DNA of 64,000 bases from Actinomycetes bacterium (GCA_036001885.1 DASYTV010000295.1:3982-67981), one strand, 5' to 3'. Positions 28,610-38,586 are shown, counted from the stretch's first letter. A program made the numbers and translations. The notes: generated by a model not told the origin, from the letters alone.

Positions 28610-29997
28610 CGACGATGAGCGACAGCCGTGTCCGGGTGCCCCATGTGGTCAAGGGCGAACGTGTCACCGGCGCGGACTGTGTGCATGGCCGCGAGGGCGA
28701 GCGCTTTGCCACCCCGGAGCTCGACCTGAACTCCCTTGTTTGGCCGAGGAGCATCCCCGGTCCCGCGTTCGACGTTCCGGTCGCTGAGATCATCGACGTG
28801 CTGGTTGAGGTAGGAAACTGGCTAGCCAAGGACCCGAAGGGTCGGCTCGAGGAGGCGTTGGTCTCGGCTCGACGGACCAGCGCGCTGCCCGCGGAAGTCG
28901 TCGATCGCTCCTACCAGGACCTGCCTAAGCTTTTCACCCGCGAGACCATGGAGTTCCAGATCAGGACCGAGCTCGGTGGTCCGGACGTGCTGGACGGATG
29001 GCGGGAGATCACCGGTGCGCCGAGCGGGCGGGTACATCGGATCCGCGCCTTCCCTCCGCGTCTGGTTCACATCATCGCCGGCAACTCGCCAGGTGTGGCC
29101 GCGGTCTCCATCGTGCGGGGAGCCCTGGTCAAGGGTCTCAACCTGATCAAGCTGCCGTCCAACGACCTCTTCACGGCCACGGCGATCCTGCAGGCTATGG
29201 CGGACGTCGCCCCGGGGCACCCGGTGACCCGGTCGTTCTCCGCTGTGTACTGGCGCGGTGGGGACGAACGGGTGGAAGCAACCCTGTTCCGCCCGCAGTT
29301 CTTCGACAAGCTCGTGGCTTGGGGTGGTGGAGGCACCATTGTCAACGCTCGGAACTACGTCGGTCCCGGATTCGAGCTCGTCGCGTTCGACCCCAAGACA
29401 TCCATCTCGCTCGTGGGCCGCGAGGCATTCGAGTCCGAGGCAGCCCTTCGAGCCGTGGCCGACCTCGCTGCGACCGACGCCACGCTCGTCGAACAGCAGG
29501 CGTGCGCCTCGTCGCGGTACCAGTTCGTGGAGGGCTCTCCCGAGCAGGTCGACCGCTACTGCGCACTCGTGCAGCAACGGATGGGAGTCCAGCGGCGGAC
29601 GAACAGTGCCGCCGGCCGCCCAGTGCCCGGCACCCTGCGCGTGGAGATCGAGGGGATTCGAGGCATGGAGCCCCTGTACCGGGTCTGGGGCGACTACGCG
29701 GGATCGGGCACCGTCGTCCGCTCTGAAGAGCCGGTGGAATTCCACCCTGACTTTCGGATCGTCAACGTCGTCCCGGTCACCGATCTCGCCGAGGGGGTCG
29801 CATTCGCCAACGTCGCGACGCAGACAGTGGGTGTCTATCCCCCTGGACGCAAGGAAGCGTTGCGCGACTCTCTCGCCGCGATGGGGGTGCAGCGCGTCGT
29901 GCCGCTCGGCTCGGCAGGTTCGGTGGATGCAGGCCTGCCACACGACGGCTTCATGCCGTTGAACCGGTTCGTCCGGTGGGTCAACGACGAGGGTTGA
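28606..29997 (+). CDS. LuxC-family acyl-CoA reductase (aldehyde-forming)
   Basis: ..LVHIIAGNSPGVAAVSIV.., ..NDLFTATAILQAMADVAPGHPVTRSFSAVYW.., ..LVAWGGGGTIV.. parallel the LuxC blocks AGNVP, TDPFTA, HPITRS.S.IYW, VAWGG. GGAG RBS before the ATG. Confidence 0.75.
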   Translation: MTTMSDSRVRVPHVVKGERVTGADCVHGREGERFATPELDLNSLVWPRSIPGPAFDVPVAEIIDVLVEVGNWLAKDPKGRLEEALVSARRTSALPAEVVDRSYQDLPKLFTRETMEFQIRTELGGPDVLDGWREITGAPSGRVHRIRAFPPRLVHIIAGNSPGVAAVSIVRGALVKGLNLIKLPSNDLFTATAILQAMADVAPGHPVTRSFSAVYWRGGDERVEATLFRPQFFDKLVAWGGGGTIVNARNYVGPGFELVAFDPKTSISLVGREAFESEAALRAVADLAATDATLVEQQACASSRYQFVEGSPEQVDRYCALVQQRMGVQRRTNSAAGRPVPGTLRVEIEGIRGMEPLYRVWGDYAGSGTVVRSEEPVEFHPDFRIVNVVPVTDLAEGVAFANVATQTVGVYPPGRKEALRDSLAAMGVQRVVPLGSAGSVDAGLPHDGFMPLNRFVRWVNDEG

Positions 29998-30091
29998 ACC
30001 ACCCGACAGACGACTGGACAGGCCGCGACAGCCGTCGTCCACATTGTACGGGCGGAAGGCCCGACAAGACGTCGAACATCCAGGAGATTCA

Positions 30092-31030
30092 ATGTCATCA
30101 GCCACCATCACGCGCACCCCACTCACCGAGCACATCGGCGTCGAACTGCGCGGCGTCGACCTCGACCAGCCGCTCACCGGACCCGTGCGAGAGGCCTTGC
30201 ACGACGCGTGGGTCGAGTTCGGTCTGGTGCTCATCCGAAACGCGCTGCACTCGAAAGAGGCACATCTGGGACTGAGCGAGGTGTTCGGGGAAATGGAGCC
30301 CTCGGCCACCTCCTTCCTCAACTCGGTCGAGAACCCCTACCTGATGGAGCTGCGACAGACTCCGCACAACCCCAAGGCGCGTCGCTACATCGTCAACGGC
30401 GAGGAGCGGATCGGCTACATCGGCTGGCACTGGGACCAGGCCTTCATGCCCACCATTGTGCGTGGTGCGGTGCTGCGCATGGTGCAACCCGCAGGCGCCG
30501 CCGGTTCCACCGGCTTCATCGACGGGATCGCCGCATACGGCCGGCTATCCGAGGAGACGAAGGCAAGGATCGACAGTCTCGAGGTGGTCTATGAGTTCAA
30601 CCCGGCGATGGAGCAGAACCCCGGCTTCCCGCGTGACGTCGTGTCGCTGAACGGCGTTCCGGGCAAGCGCAACTTCCCACCGGTAGTTCATCCGTTGGTG
30701 ATCACCCAGCCCGAGACCGGCCGCAAGGTGCTGAAGCTCTCCCCGACGCATGTGCGGTATGTGCTGGGGATGGACAAGGACGAGAGTGATGCGCTCATCG
30801 CCGAACTCGCCGACGTCCTGACCGAGGACGAGTACGCCTACTACCACGCGTGGGGCCCCGACGACGTCATCATCTGGGACAACTGGCGGGTGATCCATAG
30901 CGCCGCCGGTGTGCCGGAAGGAGTTTCCCGATACGGGATTCGCACCACGATCGCGGGCGACTATGACGTCGGACGCTACCTCGATCCCGGCCTGGACAAG
31001 AACAACCCGCCCGACCGCTTCGACGACTAG
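30092..31030 (+). CDS. TauD/TfdA-family Fe(II)/2-oxoglutarate-dependent dioxygenase
   Basis: ..GWHWDQAF.. His-x-Asp facial-triad region and overall layout fit the family. Start chosen at MSSATIT with a caggag RBS. Confidence 0.8.
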   Translation: MSSATITRTPLTEHIGVELRGVDLDQPLTGPVREALHDAWVEFGLVLIRNALHSKEAHLGLSEVFGEMEPSATSFLNSVENPYLMELRQTPHNPKARRYIVNGEERIGYIGWHWDQAFMPTIVRGAVLRMVQPAGAAGSTGFIDGIAAYGRLSEETKARIDSLEVVYEFNPAMEQNPGFPRDVVSLNGVPGKRNFPPVVHPLVITQPETGRKVLKLSPTHVRYVLGMDKDESDALIAELADVLTEDEYAYYHAWGPDDVIIWDNWRVIHSAAGVPEGVSRYGIRTTIAGDYDVGRYLDPGLDKNNPPDRFDD

Positions 31031-31056
31031 CCGTCACGCCGCACAGGAGGCGCCAG

Positions 31057-32175
31057 ATGAACAAGACGACCCGAGCGGCGATCGTCCGAGGCCCGGGGCG
31101 ACCGTGGGAGATCGCCGACCTCGAGCTGGACGAGCCGAAGGCCCACGAGGTTCGGATCCGCTTCATGGCGGCCGGGCTGTGCCACTCGGACGACCATCTG
31201 CGCACCGGTGACATGCCCGTACGCTTCCCGATGGTCGGCGGCCACGAGGGTGCCGGTATCATCGAGGCGGTGGGTCCCGGGGTGAGCAGGGTGGCTGTCG
31301 GCGACCACGTGGTCTGCTCCTTCATTCCGGTGTGCGGCGTGTGTCGTTACTGCTCGACCGGGCACCAAAACCTCTGCGCGCAGGCCACTAACGGCTCGAC
31401 CGGAATGTTCTCCGATGGCGGTTTCCGGTTCCATGCCGGCGGTGAAGACCTCGGCGGCCTGTGCGTGCTCGGCACGTTTTCGCAGTACGCGGTGATTCCC
31501 GAGTGGTCCTGTGTCGTGGTCGACGATGACGTCCCGTTCGACGTCGCCGCCCTGCTCGGATGTGGGGTGCCGACCGGCTGGGGATCGGCGGTGTACGCCG
31601 CGGGAGTGCGCGCGGGTGAGACCGTGGTCATCTACGGCGTCGGTGGTGTCGGGTGCAACGCCGTGCAGGGCGCCCGGTACGCGGGGGCGAAGAACGTCAT
31701 CGCCGTCGATCCCGTCCCGTTCAAGCTGGAGATGGCCAAGGTATTCGGGGCCACGCACACGTTCACCGACGCGCAGGCCGCCCACGGCTTCGTGGTCGAC
31801 GCGACACTCGGCCAGCTCGCCGATCACTCCGTCATCACGATGGGTGTGCTGAGCCAGGACGTCGTCGGCAAGGCCATCCAGATCGTCGGCAAGACCGGCA
31901 CGGTGACGATCACGTCGATGGGCAAGATCAAGGAGCTCGCCGTGCCCGTGCACGCGGGTTTGCTCGTCGGCTACGAGCGGCAGATCCACGGGACGTTGTT
32001 GGGGTCCTGCAACCCGCTCCATGACATTCCGAGGCTGGTGGGCCTGTACCGCTCCGGTGACCTCAAGCTCGACGAGCTCATCACCGCACGCTACGCGCTG
32101 GACGAGATCAACCAGGCCTACCGGGACATGCTCGACGGCAACAACATTCGCGGCGTGATCCTCCACGAGCACTGA
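31057..32175 (+). CDS. Zn-dependent alcohol dehydrogenase (MDR family, mycothiol/NDMA-dependent-ADH-like)
   Basis: ..GLCHSDDHL..GHEGAGIIEAVG.. is the catalytic Zn site. ..CGVCRYCSTGHQNLC.. is the structural Zn site. ..GVGGVG.. is the NAD fold. Confidence 0.9.
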   Translation: MNKTTRAAIVRGPGRPWEIADLELDEPKAHEVRIRFMAAGLCHSDDHLRTGDMPVRFPMVGGHEGAGIIEAVGPGVSRVAVGDHVVCSFIPVCGVCRYCSTGHQNLCAQATNGSTGMFSDGGFRFHAGGEDLGGLCVLGTFSQYAVIPEWSCVVVDDDVPFDVAALLGCGVPTGWGSAVYAAGVRAGETVVIYGVGGVGCNAVQGARYAGAKNVIAVDPVPFKLEMAKVFGATHTFTDAQAAHGFVVDATLGQLADHSVITMGVLSQDVVGKAIQIVGKTGTVTITSMGKIKELAVPVHAGLLVGYERQIHGTLLGSCNPLHDIPRLVGLYRSGDLKLDELITARYALDEINQAYRDMLDGNNIRGVILHEH

Positions 32176-32205
32176 ACCCGGCACCGACCGGAGAAGAGGA
32201 CCCAC

Positions 32206-33672
32206 ATGACGATCGCACCGGCCACCCCGGCAATCGAAAAGCTGCCCGCCGACAATACCCATCTGATCGGCGGCGAGTGGCTGCCGGCCGCCGGTGGCGA
32301 GGTCATCGACGTCATCAACCCCGCCACTACGGACGTGTTGCGCACGGTACCCCGCGGTGCGGCGGCGGACATCGACGCGGCCGTACAGGCGGCGACCGCG
32401 GCGTTTCCCGCTTGGCGCGACACCAGCCCGTCGGTGCGTGCGGAGCTGCTGTACCGGTGGGCCGACCTGTGCGAGGCGCACGAGCGCGATCTCGACCAAC
32501 TCGAGTCGATGGAGGTCGGCCGGCCGCTCCGAGGGGCCTCACCCATCCGTCGAATGTTGGTCTACATCGCGGGCCTCGCCGACAAGGTCACCGGCCTCAC
32601 CCTGCCTACCCACACACCCGACGTGCTCGGTATGACGCTCCGCGAACCGTACGGCGTCGTGGGCAGCATCATCCCGTGGAACGTGCCAGGGCCGATGTTC
32701 GTCAACGACGTGGCGCCCGCGGTCGCGGCGGGCAACACCATCGTCGCCAAACCCGCCGAGGACGCGCCATTGACGGCATTGATGCTCGCCGCACTCGCGC
32801 TCGAAGCGGGCATCCCGCCCGGGGTCATCAACGTCGTCACGGGTTACGGGGCGGAGGCCGGGGCCGCATTGCCCGCCCACCCGGGCATCCGGCGAATGAG
32901 CTTCACCGGCTCGCCGGCCACCGGCGCACTCGTCATGGCTGCGTCCGCGAAGCGCCTCATTCCGGTGCACCTCGAGCTGGGCGGCAAGTCACCGCAGGTG
33001 ATCCTGGACGACGCCGACCTGGCTAAGGCCGTGCCGGACGTGGTCCGCAGCATCACGTTCAACACCGGACAGACCTGCGCCGCCGGATCGCGAGTGGTCG
33101 TCGACCGGCGGATCCACCGCGAGCTCGTGCGCGCGCTGCACGACGCGTTCACCAAGGTGCGCATCGGTCCGTGGTACGAGAACGTTCAGATGGGGCCGTT
33201 GGTCAATGCCAGGCAGCACGAGCGTGTCCTCGGCTACATCGCCAGCGGACGGGACGAGGGCGCCCAACTCGTGTGCGGCGGCAAGCCGACCGGCGATGAG
33301 TACAAGTCCGGCTTCTTCATCGAGGCCACGTTGTTCGACAACGTCGATCCTGGCATGCGCATCGCCCAGGAGGAGATCTTCGGTCCCGTCTTGTCCGTCA
33401 TCCCGGTCGATGGCGAGGAAGAGGCCCTGGAGGTTGCCGACGGCACCGCGTACGGCTTGGCCGCGTCTGTGTGGACCACCGACGTCGCTCGGGCCGTGCG
33501 GATGGCGAAAGGGCTGCAGGCCGGGCGCGTGACGATCAACGCGGCACTGTCCGCATCCACTATTGGCGCGCCGTTCGGCGGTTACAAGAACAGTGGCTTC
33601 GGCCGGACGATGGGTACCGACGCCGTGCTCGACTACACGCAGGTCAAAGCCGTGGAGATCCACGCGGACTAG
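32206..33672 (+). CDS. Aldehyde dehydrogenase family protein
   Basis: ..LELGGKSPQVIL.., ..FNTGQTCAAGSRVVV.., ..EEIFGPVLSVIPV... Confidence 0.9.
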   Translation: MTIAPATPAIEKLPADNTHLIGGEWLPAAGGEVIDVINPATTDVLRTVPRGAAADIDAAVQAATAAFPAWRDTSPSVRAELLYRWADLCEAHERDLDQLESMEVGRPLRGASPIRRMLVYIAGLADKVTGLTLPTHTPDVLGMTLREPYGVVGSIIPWNVPGPMFVNDVAPAVAAGNTIVAKPAEDAPLTALMLAALALEAGIPPGVINVVTGYGAEAGAALPAHPGIRRMSFTGSPATGALVMAASAKRLIPVHLELGGKSPQVILDDADLAKAVPDVVRSITFNTGQTCAAGSRVVVDRRIHRELVRALHDAFTKVRIGPWYENVQMGPLVNARQHERVLGYIASGRDEGAQLVCGGKPTGDEYKSGFFIEATLFDNVDPGMRIAQEEIFGPVLSVIPVDGEEEALEVADGTAYGLAASVWTTDVARAVRMAKGLQAGRVTINAALSASTIGAPFGGYKNSGFGRTMGTDAVLDYTQVKAVEIHAD

Positions 33673-33737
33673 GAAGAGGCACGCCGGCTGGGTCCGGCTC
33701 GACCACGACCTGTGACGCAGGCAAGAAGGGCTCAGCG

Positions 33738-35309
33738 ATGACGCAGCCGGCTGCTGACGTGCCTGAATGGGATACGGAGCTCGATGAGCTCGAACGCCGA
33801 CGTGCGTGGGCGAAGGAGCACGGCGGACCCGGCGCCATCGCGCGACAACGTGCCGCCGGCCGGGGCCTGGCCCGGGAGCGCATCGACCAGCTGGCCGACG
33901 AGGGGTCGTTTCGTGAGATCGGCTCGTTGACAGGTGTGGCCGAGTACGACACGGCCAACCGGGTGCTGGGGGTCGTCCCCGCGAACCCGATCATCGGCCG
34001 CGCGCACATCGGCGGCCGGCCGGTCGCCTTGCTGGCGGATGACTTCACCCTGCGGGGAGGCTCCGCCGACAGCACGATCGTGGAGAAGTGGGCATTCATC
34101 GAACGCCATGCACTGGCGTATCGAACGCCGCTGGTCCGGCTGGTGGATGCGGCCGGCGGGAGCGTGAAGACCATCGAACGTCATGGGGCAACGGTGATCC
34201 CCGGATACGAGTGGCCGGTAGCCGAGCAGATGACCACGATTCCCGTCGTCGGAGTCGCACTCGGCCCGTGCGCGGGGTTCGCCGCGGTGAAGGTCGCGAT
34301 GTCCCACTTCTCGGTGATGGTCAAGGGGACCAGCCAGGTGTTCGCGGCGGGGCCCGCCGTGGTGGCTGCCGGCTTGGGCGATACCGTCACCAAGGAACAG
34401 CTCGGGGGCTCCGCCGTCCACGCCCGCGGCAGCGGCGTCGTCGACAACGAGGCTTCCACCGAACGGGACGCGGTGGATCAGGCGAGAAGATTCCTGTCCT
34501 ATCTCCCGAGCAACGTCTTCGAGCTCCCGCCGGTCGCGGTCAACCACGACAACCCTCGACGTGCCGACGAAGCCCTGGCCTCTGTAGTCCCCAGGAACAG
34601 TCGCAAGCCGTATCCCATGCGGAGCATCGTCGCGAGCGTCGTGGATGCGGGGTCCCAGCTCGAACTCGGGCGTTCGCACGGCCGGTCCCAGATCACCATG
34701 CTAGCGAGAGTCGACGGGCGCACGGTGGGAGTCACCGCGAGCGACCCGATGCATTACGGCGGGGCGCTGACGGCGTCCTCAGCGGAGAAGCTGACCCGGT
34801 TCGTGGATCTCTGCGACACGTTCCACATTCCGGTCGTGACCTTCCAGGACTGCCCCGGGATGATGATCGGGCGAACGGCGGAGGCGGAGGGCACGATCCG
34901 CAAGGTCTTGCGCGCCCGCATGGCGATCGCTCAGTCGACCGTTCCCTGGTGCACGTTCTTTGTCCGCCGCGCCTTCGGAGTCGGTGGCGCGCTTTGCGGC
35001 CCACTGGGCCGGGCATCGGTACGGTACGCCTGGCCATCCGCTCGATGGGGGTCCTTGCCCCTGGAAGGCGGCGTGGAGGTGGCCTATCGTCGCGAGATCG
35101 CCGAGGCCGTGGATCCCCAAGCGCTGCTCCATTCCCTCACGCGGAGCTACGCCGAGCTGGCTTCGCCGTTCCGCACCGGTGAGCGTTTCGGCATCGAGGA
35201 GATCGTGGATCCACGGCAGACCCGTACCGTCATGTGCGAATGGGTGGCCGACGCGTATCGGCTGCTGCCGGAGACTCTCGGCCAGAAAGCCAAGGGCTAC
35301 CGGCCCTGA
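33738..35309 (+). CDS. Acyl-CoA carboxylase carboxyltransferase (beta) subunit, orphan (no biotin-carboxylase or BCCP gene nearby)
   Basis: Two crotonase-like CT halves: ..GRPVALLADDFTLRGGS.. and ..ITMLARVDGRTVGVTASDP... Confidence 0.8.
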   Translation: MTQPAADVPEWDTELDELERRRAWAKEHGGPGAIARQRAAGRGLARERIDQLADEGSFREIGSLTGVAEYDTANRVLGVVPANPIIGRAHIGGRPVALLADDFTLRGGSADSTIVEKWAFIERHALAYRTPLVRLVDAAGGSVKTIERHGATVIPGYEWPVAEQMTTIPVVGVALGPCAGFAAVKVAMSHFSVMVKGTSQVFAAGPAVVAAGLGDTVTKEQLGGSAVHARGSGVVDNEASTERDAVDQARRFLSYLPSNVFELPPVAVNHDNPRRADEALASVVPRNSRKPYPMRSIVASVVDAGSQLELGRSHGRSQITMLARVDGRTVGVTASDPMHYGGALTASSAEKLTRFVDLCDTFHIPVVTFQDCPGMMIGRTAEAEGTIRKVLRARMAIAQSTVPWCTFFVRRAFGVGGALCGPLGRASVRYAWPSARWGSLPLEGGVEVAYRREIAEAVDPQALLHSLTRSYAELASPFRTGERFGIEEIVDPRQTRTVMCEWVADAYRLLPETLGQKAKGYRP

Positions 35310-36451
35310 CCCGGGCCGGTGGAGACCTCGGGGCGCTCGTCCAGCAGTCGCCGGGCGATGAGCTCGCGATGGTATGCCGGCGAGCCCAGCAGCGCCTCGG
35401 ATCCTTTGGCCCGCTTGAAGTACAGGTGCGCCGGATGTTCCCAGGTGAATCCGATGCCGCCGTGGAGCTGGATGCTTTGTGCCGCAATGTGGTAGTAGGC
35501 CGTCGAGCAATAGGCCTTGGCGATCGACGCCGCCAGCGGCAGGTCGGGGGAGCCCGATTCCACCGCGGTGGTGGCGTAGTAAGCGGCGGATCGGGCGGAT
35601 TCTAGCTCGACGAGCATGTCCGCCAGCCTGTGTTTGACAGCCTGGAACGAGCCGATCGGCCGGCCGAACTGTTCGCGTACCTTGACGTAATCGACCGTTG
35701 ACTCGAGCACCCGCGCGGCGCCGCCCACCTGCTCGCACGCCAGGGCAACGGCCGCGACGTCGAGGACGCGGCTGAGTACGCGCCACCCCTGTCCCTCGAC
35801 GCCGAGCAGAGTCGCTCGGGCGTCCGAGAAGGTGAGCGACGCCTGACGACGCGTCTGGTCCAGGGTCGGGAGGGCGGTGGCCTCGACGCCGCCGTCGCTG
35901 GGGTCCACCGTGAACAGGGACGTGCCGGCATCGGTTCGCGCGGCGACGATGACCAGGTCGGCGTCTACCCCGTCGAGAACGTAAGGCTTGCGGCCGCTGA
36001 TCCGGAAGTCCGCGCCATCCCGGCGAGCGCGGACCTGGATGCCGTCCTCGCTCCAACGTCCGCCCTCCTCGATGAGCGCGAGCGTGGCGATCGTCCTGCC
36101 GTCCGCGATGCCGGGGAGAAATGCCTCCGCGGCTTCGGTGTCTCCGGACTGCAGGAGGGTCGTGACGCCCAGCACGACCGTCGAAAACAGCGGAGCGCAA
36201 AGGAGAGCTCGCCCGGCTTCCTCGAGAACCACGGAGAGCTCACCGAATCCGAATCCGGCGCCGCCGTACTCTTCCGGGATGGCAAGGGCCTGCACCCCGA
36301 GCTGGTCGGCCATCAGCTTCCAGACGGCCGCGTCATAGCCCGTCGGCGTCTGCATCTGGGCTCGCACCTGCGCCTCGTCGGAGTGGGTGGCGAGGAACCT
36401 GCGCACCACGGCGCCCAGCTCCTCCTGCTCGGGGGTGAACGTCAGCGGCAT
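35297..36451 (-). CDS. Acyl-CoA dehydrogenase
   Basis: ACAD fold; ..FQAVKHRLADM.. and ..LHGGIGFTWEHPAHLYFKRA.. at the C-terminus. Start chosen at MPLTFTPEQ. Confidence 0.85.
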   Translation of the reverse strand: MPLTFTPEQEELGAVVRRFLATHSDEAQVRAQMQTPTGYDAAVWKLMADQLGVQALAIPEEYGGAGFGFGELSVVLEEAGRALLCAPLFSTVVLGVTTLLQSGDTEAAEAFLPGIADGRTIATLALIEEGGRWSEDGIQVRARRDGADFRISGRKPYVLDGVDADLVIVAARTDAGTSLFTVDPSDGGVEATALPTLDQTRRQASLTFSDARATLLGVEGQGWRVLSRVLDVAAVALACEQVGGAARVLESTVDYVKVREQFGRPIGSFQAVKHRLADMLVELESARSAAYYATTAVESGSPDLPLAASIAKAYCSTAYYHIAAQSIQLHGGIGFTWEHPAHLYFKRAKGSEALLGSPAYHRELIARRLLDERPEVSTGPGQGR

Positions 36452-36486
36452 GGGCTTCCTCCTCGAGTGCCGGTGCGTGACCGGGC

Positions 36487-36517
36487 GAGAATGAGTATAA
36501 TACACTAACTGATTCTC
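36487..36517. promoter_or_regulatory. 31-bp imperfect palindrome GAGAATGAGTATAATACACTAACTGATTCTC in the ACAD/ECH divergent intergenic region
   Basis: Outer arms GAGAAT../..ATTCTC; contains ACTGATTC; AT-rich. Confidence 0.45.
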
Positions 36518-36564
36518 GCAAATTCCCGAGCCTCGCTGTGGGCTCCCGACCGAGAGGAGCTGGC

Positions 36565-37377
36565 ATGGTCAGGATCGATGGGTGGCAGCCGTTCGAAGCT
36601 CTCGTCATCGACGCCGACGGGCCCGTGCGGATCGTGACGATGAACCGGCCCGACAGCCTCAACGCAGCGGATGCCGTGATGCATCGAGAGCTCGCGCAGG
36701 TGTGGGACCTTCTGGCCGCGGACCCGGAATGTCGGGCGGTGGTGCTCACCGGGGCGGGCAGAGCGTTCAGCGCGGGTGGGGACCTTCCCCGGATGGTGGC
36801 AACGCAGAACGACCAGATGATCCAGGACGAGGTCTTCGACGAAGCACGCACGACCGTGCTCGGAATGCTCGACCTGCCGCAACCGCTGATCGCTGCGGTC
36901 AACGGCCCTGCGGTGGGTCTGGGCGCCAGTCTGGTCGCATTGTGCGACCTGACGATCGCATCCGAGACGGCCTATCTCGCAGACCCGCATCTCGGCGTCG
37001 GCCTGGTGCCGGCTGACGGCGCGGCGCTGCTGTGGCCGATGATGATGGGTCTTATGCGCGCCAAGGAGTACATCTTCACGGGCGCGAGAATTCCGGCCTC
37101 GACGGCGCAGGAGTGGGGTTTGGTGAACAAGGTAGTGCCGGCGGGGCAGGCGCTGTCGTCGGCCCTGGCGCTCGCCCACCAGCTGGCGGAGCAGCCCGCC
37201 CGGGCGCTGCGCGACACCAAGCGGGTGATGAACCTGCATGCCACGCGGGCGCTCGTCGGGATGCTCGACCAGGCCCTGGCGTGCGAGCGGGCGAGCGTGA
37301 ACTCCCCGGAGCACGCCGAGCGGACGAGACAACTGGTCGAGGCGAGCCGAGCGCGGGCCGCGACCAGGAGCGGGTAG
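36565..37377 (+). CDS. Enoyl-CoA hydratase/isomerase (crotonase family)
   Basis: ..AVVLTGAGRAFSAGGDL.. oxyanion-hole motif. Confidence 0.85.
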   Translation: MVRIDGWQPFEALVIDADGPVRIVTMNRPDSLNAADAVMHRELAQVWDLLAADPECRAVVLTGAGRAFSAGGDLPRMVATQNDQMIQDEVFDEARTTVLGMLDLPQPLIAAVNGPAVGLGASLVALCDLTIASETAYLADPHLGVGLVPADGAALLWPMMMGLMRAKEYIFTGARIPASTAQEWGLVNKVVPAGQALSSALALAHQLAEQPARALRDTKRVMNLHATRALVGMLDQALACERASVNSPEHAERTRQLVEASRARAATRSG

Positions 37378-37437
37378 ACCGGACCAACGCGACGGCCAGA
37401 TCCGGCCGCGGGCCGCATCGCTCCGTCCCGGTGAGCG

Positions 37438-38586
37438 TCAGAACCCCAGGTTCTTGCCGACGATGTCGAGCATGATCTCGTTGGTGCCGCCGTAGATGCG
37501 CTGCACCCGGGAGTCCCGCCACAGGCGAGCGATCTCGTACTCGTTCATGTAGCCGTAGCCGCCGTGCAGCTGGAGACAACGGTCCATGATCCGCCACTGC
37601 GTCTCGGTGGCCCACCACTTCGCGCCGGCCGCCTCGTCGGCGGTGAGCTCGCCCGAGTTGACGCCAACGATGCACGTGTCGATGTATGTCTGCATGACGT
37701 CGACTTCGATCTTCATCTGGGCCAGCGCGTGGCGGTTCACCTGGAAGGTTCCGATCGGCTGGCCGAACGCCTTCCGCTCACTCGCGTACTGCTGTGTCAG
37801 CTCGACAGCACGCCTTGCCTGCGCTGTTGCGTGAATGGCGATTCCCAGCCGCTCGGCGGGCAGGTTGCCCATGAGGTGGTAGAAGCCGCGATTCTCCTCG
37901 CCGATCAGATTTTCGACCGGGACCCGCACGTCGTCGAAGAACAGCTCGGCTGTGTCGGCCGACTTCTGGCCGATCTTGTCGAGCTTGCGGCCACGGGTGA
38001 ACCCCGCCGTGCCGGTTTCCACGACGATCAGGCTGATGCCCTTGTGCGGCTTCTCCGCGTCCGGGTCGGTCCGGCATGCCACCACCACCAGATCGGCCAA
38101 CAGCCCGTTGCTGATGAAGGTCTTGGAACCGTTGACGACGTAGTGGTCGCCGTCCCTCGTGGCGGTGGTCTTGAGGTTCGCCAGGTCCGAACCGACGCCG
38201 GGCTCGGACATCGCGATGGCGGTGATGTACTCGCCGGACACGAACTTGCCCAGCCAGCGCTTCTTCTGTTCCTCGGTGGTCAGGTTGCGGAAGTAGCCGG
38301 CGAGGATGTCGTTCTGGACACCGAGGCCGATGCCGACCGTCCCCGTCGCCCAGTACTCCTCGTTGAGGATGGCGTTGAACCGGAAATCCTTGATGTCGGC
38401 GCCGCCGTACTCTTCGGGCATTTCCCAACCGATCAGGCCGAGTGCGCCGGCCTTGAGCCAGACCTCTCGGTCCACGTACCCCCGCTCCTCCCAGGCGTCG
38501 GCGTGCGGTACACACTCCTTCTGGAAAAAGGTGCGAGCGGTCTGCCGGAACTGGTCGTGCTCGGGAGCGAAGATCGTGCGGCGCAT
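37438..38586 (-). CDS. Acyl-CoA dehydrogenase
   Basis: ..AMSEPGVGSDLANLKTTA..WVVNGSKTFISNG.. and the C-terminal ..YGGTNEIM.. motif. Confidence 0.9.
   Translation of the reverse strand: MRRTIFAPEHDQFRQTARTFFQKECVPHADAWEERGYVDREVWLKAGALGLIGWEMPEEYGGADIKDFRFNAILNEEYWATGTVGIGLGVQNDILAGYFRNLTTEEQKKRWLGKFVSGEYITAIAMSEPGVGSDLANLKTTATRDGDHYVVNGSKTFISNGLLADLVVVACRTDPDAEKPHKGISLIVVETGTAGFTRGRKLDKIGQKSADTAELFFDDVRVPVENLIGEENRGFYHLMGNLPAERLGIAIHATAQARRAVELTQQYASERKAFGQPIGTFQVNRHALAQMKIEVDVMQTYIDTCIVGVNSGELTADEAAGAKWWATETQWRIMDRCLQLHGGYGYMNEYEIARLWRDSRVQRIYGGTNEIMLDIVGKNLGF

Noticed and set aside
28822-30321. 499-aa minus-strand ORF
   Set aside because: Antisense to the LuxC-like gene. No recognisable domain.
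31027-32499. 490-aa minus-strand ORF
   Set aside because: Antisense to the Zn-ADH and the start of the ALDH. The plus-strand genes have clear catalytic motifs.
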